A stretch of 64,000 bases of DNA, from the NCBI GenBank assembly GCA_963744905.1, contig CAVUUV010000002.1:261382-325381 (forward strand). The letters run 5' to 3'. Numbering within the stretch: the stretch's first letter is position 1; each line of letters starts with the position of its first letter. Under the pieces are notes generated by a model. The model made no database searches. It had not been told where the DNA came from and was given only the letters and a program-made list of their open reading frames with translations. The DNA comes from an uncultured Acidimicrobiia bacterium. GTDB lineage: Bacteria; Actinomycetota; Acidimicrobiia; Spongiisociales; ZC4RG35. Shown one piece after another: positions 61,975 through 64,000 of the stretch. A program made the position numbers and the translations under genes.

Positions 61975-62095
61975 CGCCCTTCTTTGGACGGTGAGGAACG
62001 CAAAATCCCTTCTTTTGACGGTGAGGAACGCATAGCGTTAGTAGTCGTCCAAAGAAGGGATGAGGCGTTCGTCCCGGTCCAAAGAAGGGTAACCC
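61975..62095. repeat. Dispersed hairpin-rich intergenic repeat element, copy B (between convergent oxidoreductase and folD)
   Basis: Reverse complement matches 54160..54285 (shared core GCTATGCGTTCC..CAC.GTC.AAAGAAGGGATTTTGCGTTCC..CAC.GTCCAAAGAAGG). Confidence 0.8.
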
Positions 62096-62113
62096 AGCCG
62101 GCGGTTGGCGGGG

Positions 62114-62962
62114 TTAGATGCGGCGCCGGCGGGCCGCCTCCACGGTGTTGACCAAGAGCATGGCCCGGGTCATGGGGCCGACCCCACCCGGAACCGGGGT
62201 GATCGCTCCCGCCACCTCGGACACCTCGTCATAGGACACGTCACCCACCAGCTTGCCGTCGGGAAGTCGGTTGATACCGACGTCGACCACCGTCGCTCCG
62301 GGACCGACGTGATCGGCGCTGATGAGGCCGGGAGCGCCCACCGCCGCCACCAGAATGTCGGCCTCGCGGGTGAGCTCGACGAGGCCCCTGGTCCGGGAAT
62401 GGGCCATCGTCACCGTGGCGTCCACCCCCCGCTCGGACATGAGCAGAGCGAGTGGACGGCCCACCAGGAAGGAACGACCCACGATCACTGCCCGCTGGCC
62501 GGCCACAGCGATGTCGTAGTGAGCCAGGATCCTCATCACGCCGCTCGGCGTGCACGGCCGGAGACCGGGCTGCCCCAGCACCAGGCGGCCTAGGTTGAAG
62601 GGGTGAAGCCCGTCCACGTCCTTGGCGGGATCGATCCGGGCCACCACCTCTTCGCCGTCGAGATGAGCCGGCAGGGGCAGCTGGACCAGGATGCCGTCCA
62701 CTCCCTGGTCCGCGTTGAGCCGGTCGATCAAGCCGATCAGCTCGTCCTGACTGACTCCGGCATCGATCTCATGGTGGATGGAGCGGATGCCCACCTCGCC
62801 TGCATCACGACGTTTGCCACGGACATAGGTATGGGAAGCCGGATCGTCGCCGACCAGGACCGTGGCCAGGCCGGGGCTCTCGCCCATGCTTTCCACCGTC
62901 TTCGCCACCTCGGCCTTGACCGCGGCGGCAACCGCCTTGCCATCGAGGATCCGGGCTGCCAT
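62114..62962 (-). CDS. folD: Bifunctional methylenetetrahydrofolate dehydrogenase/cyclohydrolase
   Basis: MAARILDGKAVAAAVKAEV..., ...TVLVGDDPASHTYVRGKRR..., ...ILVQLPLP... Confidence 0.9.
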   Translation of the reverse strand: MAARILDGKAVAAAVKAEVAKTVESMGESPGLATVLVGDDPASHTYVRGKRRDAGEVGIRSIHHEIDAGVSQDELIGLIDRLNADQGVDGILVQLPLPAHLDGEEVVARIDPAKDVDGLHPFNLGRLVLGQPGLRPCTPSGVMRILAHYDIAVAGQRAVIVGRSFLVGRPLALLMSERGVDATVTMAHSRTRGLVELTREADILVAAVGAPGLISADHVGPGATVVDVGINRLPDGKLVGDVSYDEVSEVAGAITPVPGGVGPMTRAMLLVNTVEAARRRRI

Positions 62963-63000
62963 GACGCCCGACGCTAGCGCGGGCTCCCGGATCACTAGAA

Positions 63001-64000
63001 CTAGTGGAGGAAGTGGCGCACCGCGGTGAAGACCAATGCGACTTCCGCCTCGTCGGCGGCAGCCACGACCTCGGCATCCCGTCGGGAGCCACCGGGTTCG
63101 ACCACGGCGGTGACCCCGGCAGCGGCCAGGGTCTCCAATCCGTCGGCGAAAGGAAAATAGGCATCCGATGCGGCAACCGCCCCCTGAGCGCGTTCACCCG
63201 CCCGGGCCAGAGCCCGCTCGGCGGCCCCCACCCGACTCTGATCTCCGGCCCCCACACCCACGGCCGCTCCCCCTCGAGCCACCACGATCGCATTGGACTT
63301 GGTCCCCGCCACCACCGTCCAGGCGAAGCGCAGGTCCGCCCACTCCGCATCACTGGGTGCCCTCCGTGAGACCACCTCCCAGTTTTCGCCACCGATCGTG
63401 TCCCGGGGCTGCACGACGAAGCCACCCTCGAGCCGACGGAAGTCGAGGCCGCCCGCCGAGGGCGGCCGGGCCACCAGCACCCGCAGATTCTCCTTCCCGG
63501 CCAGCACCCGGGCCGCGTCGCTGGTTACCCGGGGAGCTACGACCACTTCCACGAAATTGGCGGTGATCAGCCTGGCGGTGTCCTCCTCCAGAGCACCGTT
63601 GACCGCGACAACTCCCCCGAAGGCGGAGAGAGGGTCACACTCCCAGGCCTCCCGGAAGGCGTCGACCACGGACCCGGCCACCGCCACGCCGGCCGGGTTA
63701 GCGTGCTTGACGACCACGGCTGCGGCCCCCTCGAACTGGTTGACCAGCCTCCAGGCAGCTTCGGCGTCGAGGTGGTTGTTGAACGACATCGCCTTGCCCT
63801 GGGTGATGACGGCCTCCGCCCACCAGGCTGGAGCATCGACCTGGCGATAGGAGGCACCGCCTTGATGGGGGTTTTCGCCGTATCTGAGGCTCGCCACCTG
63901 TTCCAGCGGGAGCACCATGCGCGCCGGCAATTCACCGGGATGCAGCCACCCCACGATGGCGGCGTCGTAGGCAGCAGTGCGGAAGAAGGCCCGCCGGGCC
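63001..64000 (-). CDS. purH: Bifunctional AICAR transformylase/IMP cyclohydrolase, C-terminal portion (gene continues beyond window end)
   Basis: ...RYGENPHQ...[12 protein letters not shown]... are AICARFT-domain motifs. The upstream part lies outside the window. Confidence 0.85.
   Translation of the reverse strand, partial: ARRAFFRTAAYDAAIVGWLHPGELPARMVLPLEQVASLRYGENPHQGGASYRQVDAPAWWAEAVITQGKAMSFNNHLDAEAAWRLVNQFEGAAAVVVKHANPAGVAVAGSVVDAFREAWECDPLSAFGGVVAVNGALEEDTARLITANFVEVVVAPRVTSDAARVLAGKENLRVLVARPPSAGGLDFRRLEGGFVVQPRDTIGGENWEVVSRRAPSDAEWADLRFAWTVVAGTKSNAIVVARGGAAVGVGAGDQSRVGAAERALARAGERAQGAVAASDAYFPFADGLETLAAAGVTAVVEPGGSRRDAEVVAAADEAEVALVFTAVRHFLH

Overview
High-GC (~68%) bacterial chromosomal window, very likely Actinomycetota: WhiB-family regulator, bacterial proteasome activator Bpa, HU, LuxR-TPR regulator and Tad/Flp pili are all present. 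Layout, start to end:
(a) 1-9.6 kb: a long minus-strand, translationally coupled glycan locus. It holds a PglC-like priming sugar transferase, a Gfo/Idh/MocA dehydrogenase, a DegT aminotransferase, a Wzz-like co-polymerase fused to a degenerate GGDEF domain, four paralogous sulfotransferases, a Wzy_C/O-antigen-ligase-like membrane protein and a P-loop kinase-like gene running off the window.
(b) tRNA-Glu(CUC) and tRNA-Gln(CUG).
(c) 10.4-17.4 kb: a giant secreted repeat protein of about 2,300 aa with PKD, cadherin-like 95-aa repeats x ~10, Calx-beta and a duplicated C-terminal domain. It is split by two compensating frameshifts.
(d) Small lipoprotein, an unannotated 51-aa ORF with a perfect RBS, and an ABC-2 exporter pair.
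(e) 21.7-28.5 kb: a complete tad locus (flp, 3x tadE-like, tadC, tadB, tadA, tadZ/cpaE, cpaB).
(f) Bpa, WhiB, sdhCAB.
(g) 35.1-46.9 kb: a second, machinery-less array of 11 TadE/TadG-like pseudopilin genes in repeated modules. An ISL3-family transposase interrupts it and two copies are decayed.
(h) Housekeeping genes: dapA-family, SCP2, cytochrome c, hup, mdh, nadCBA, icd, ridA, LuxR-family, folD, purH (partial).
Non-coding signals are a 73-bp tandem palindromic repeat x ~2.7 next to whiB, a dispersed ~120-bp hairpin-rich intergenic repeat family present twice, and a perfect 14-bp AT-rich palindrome in the whiB-sdhC intergenic region.
Several genes carry frame disruptions, often in repeats or homopolymers, so assembly indels cannot be excluded.
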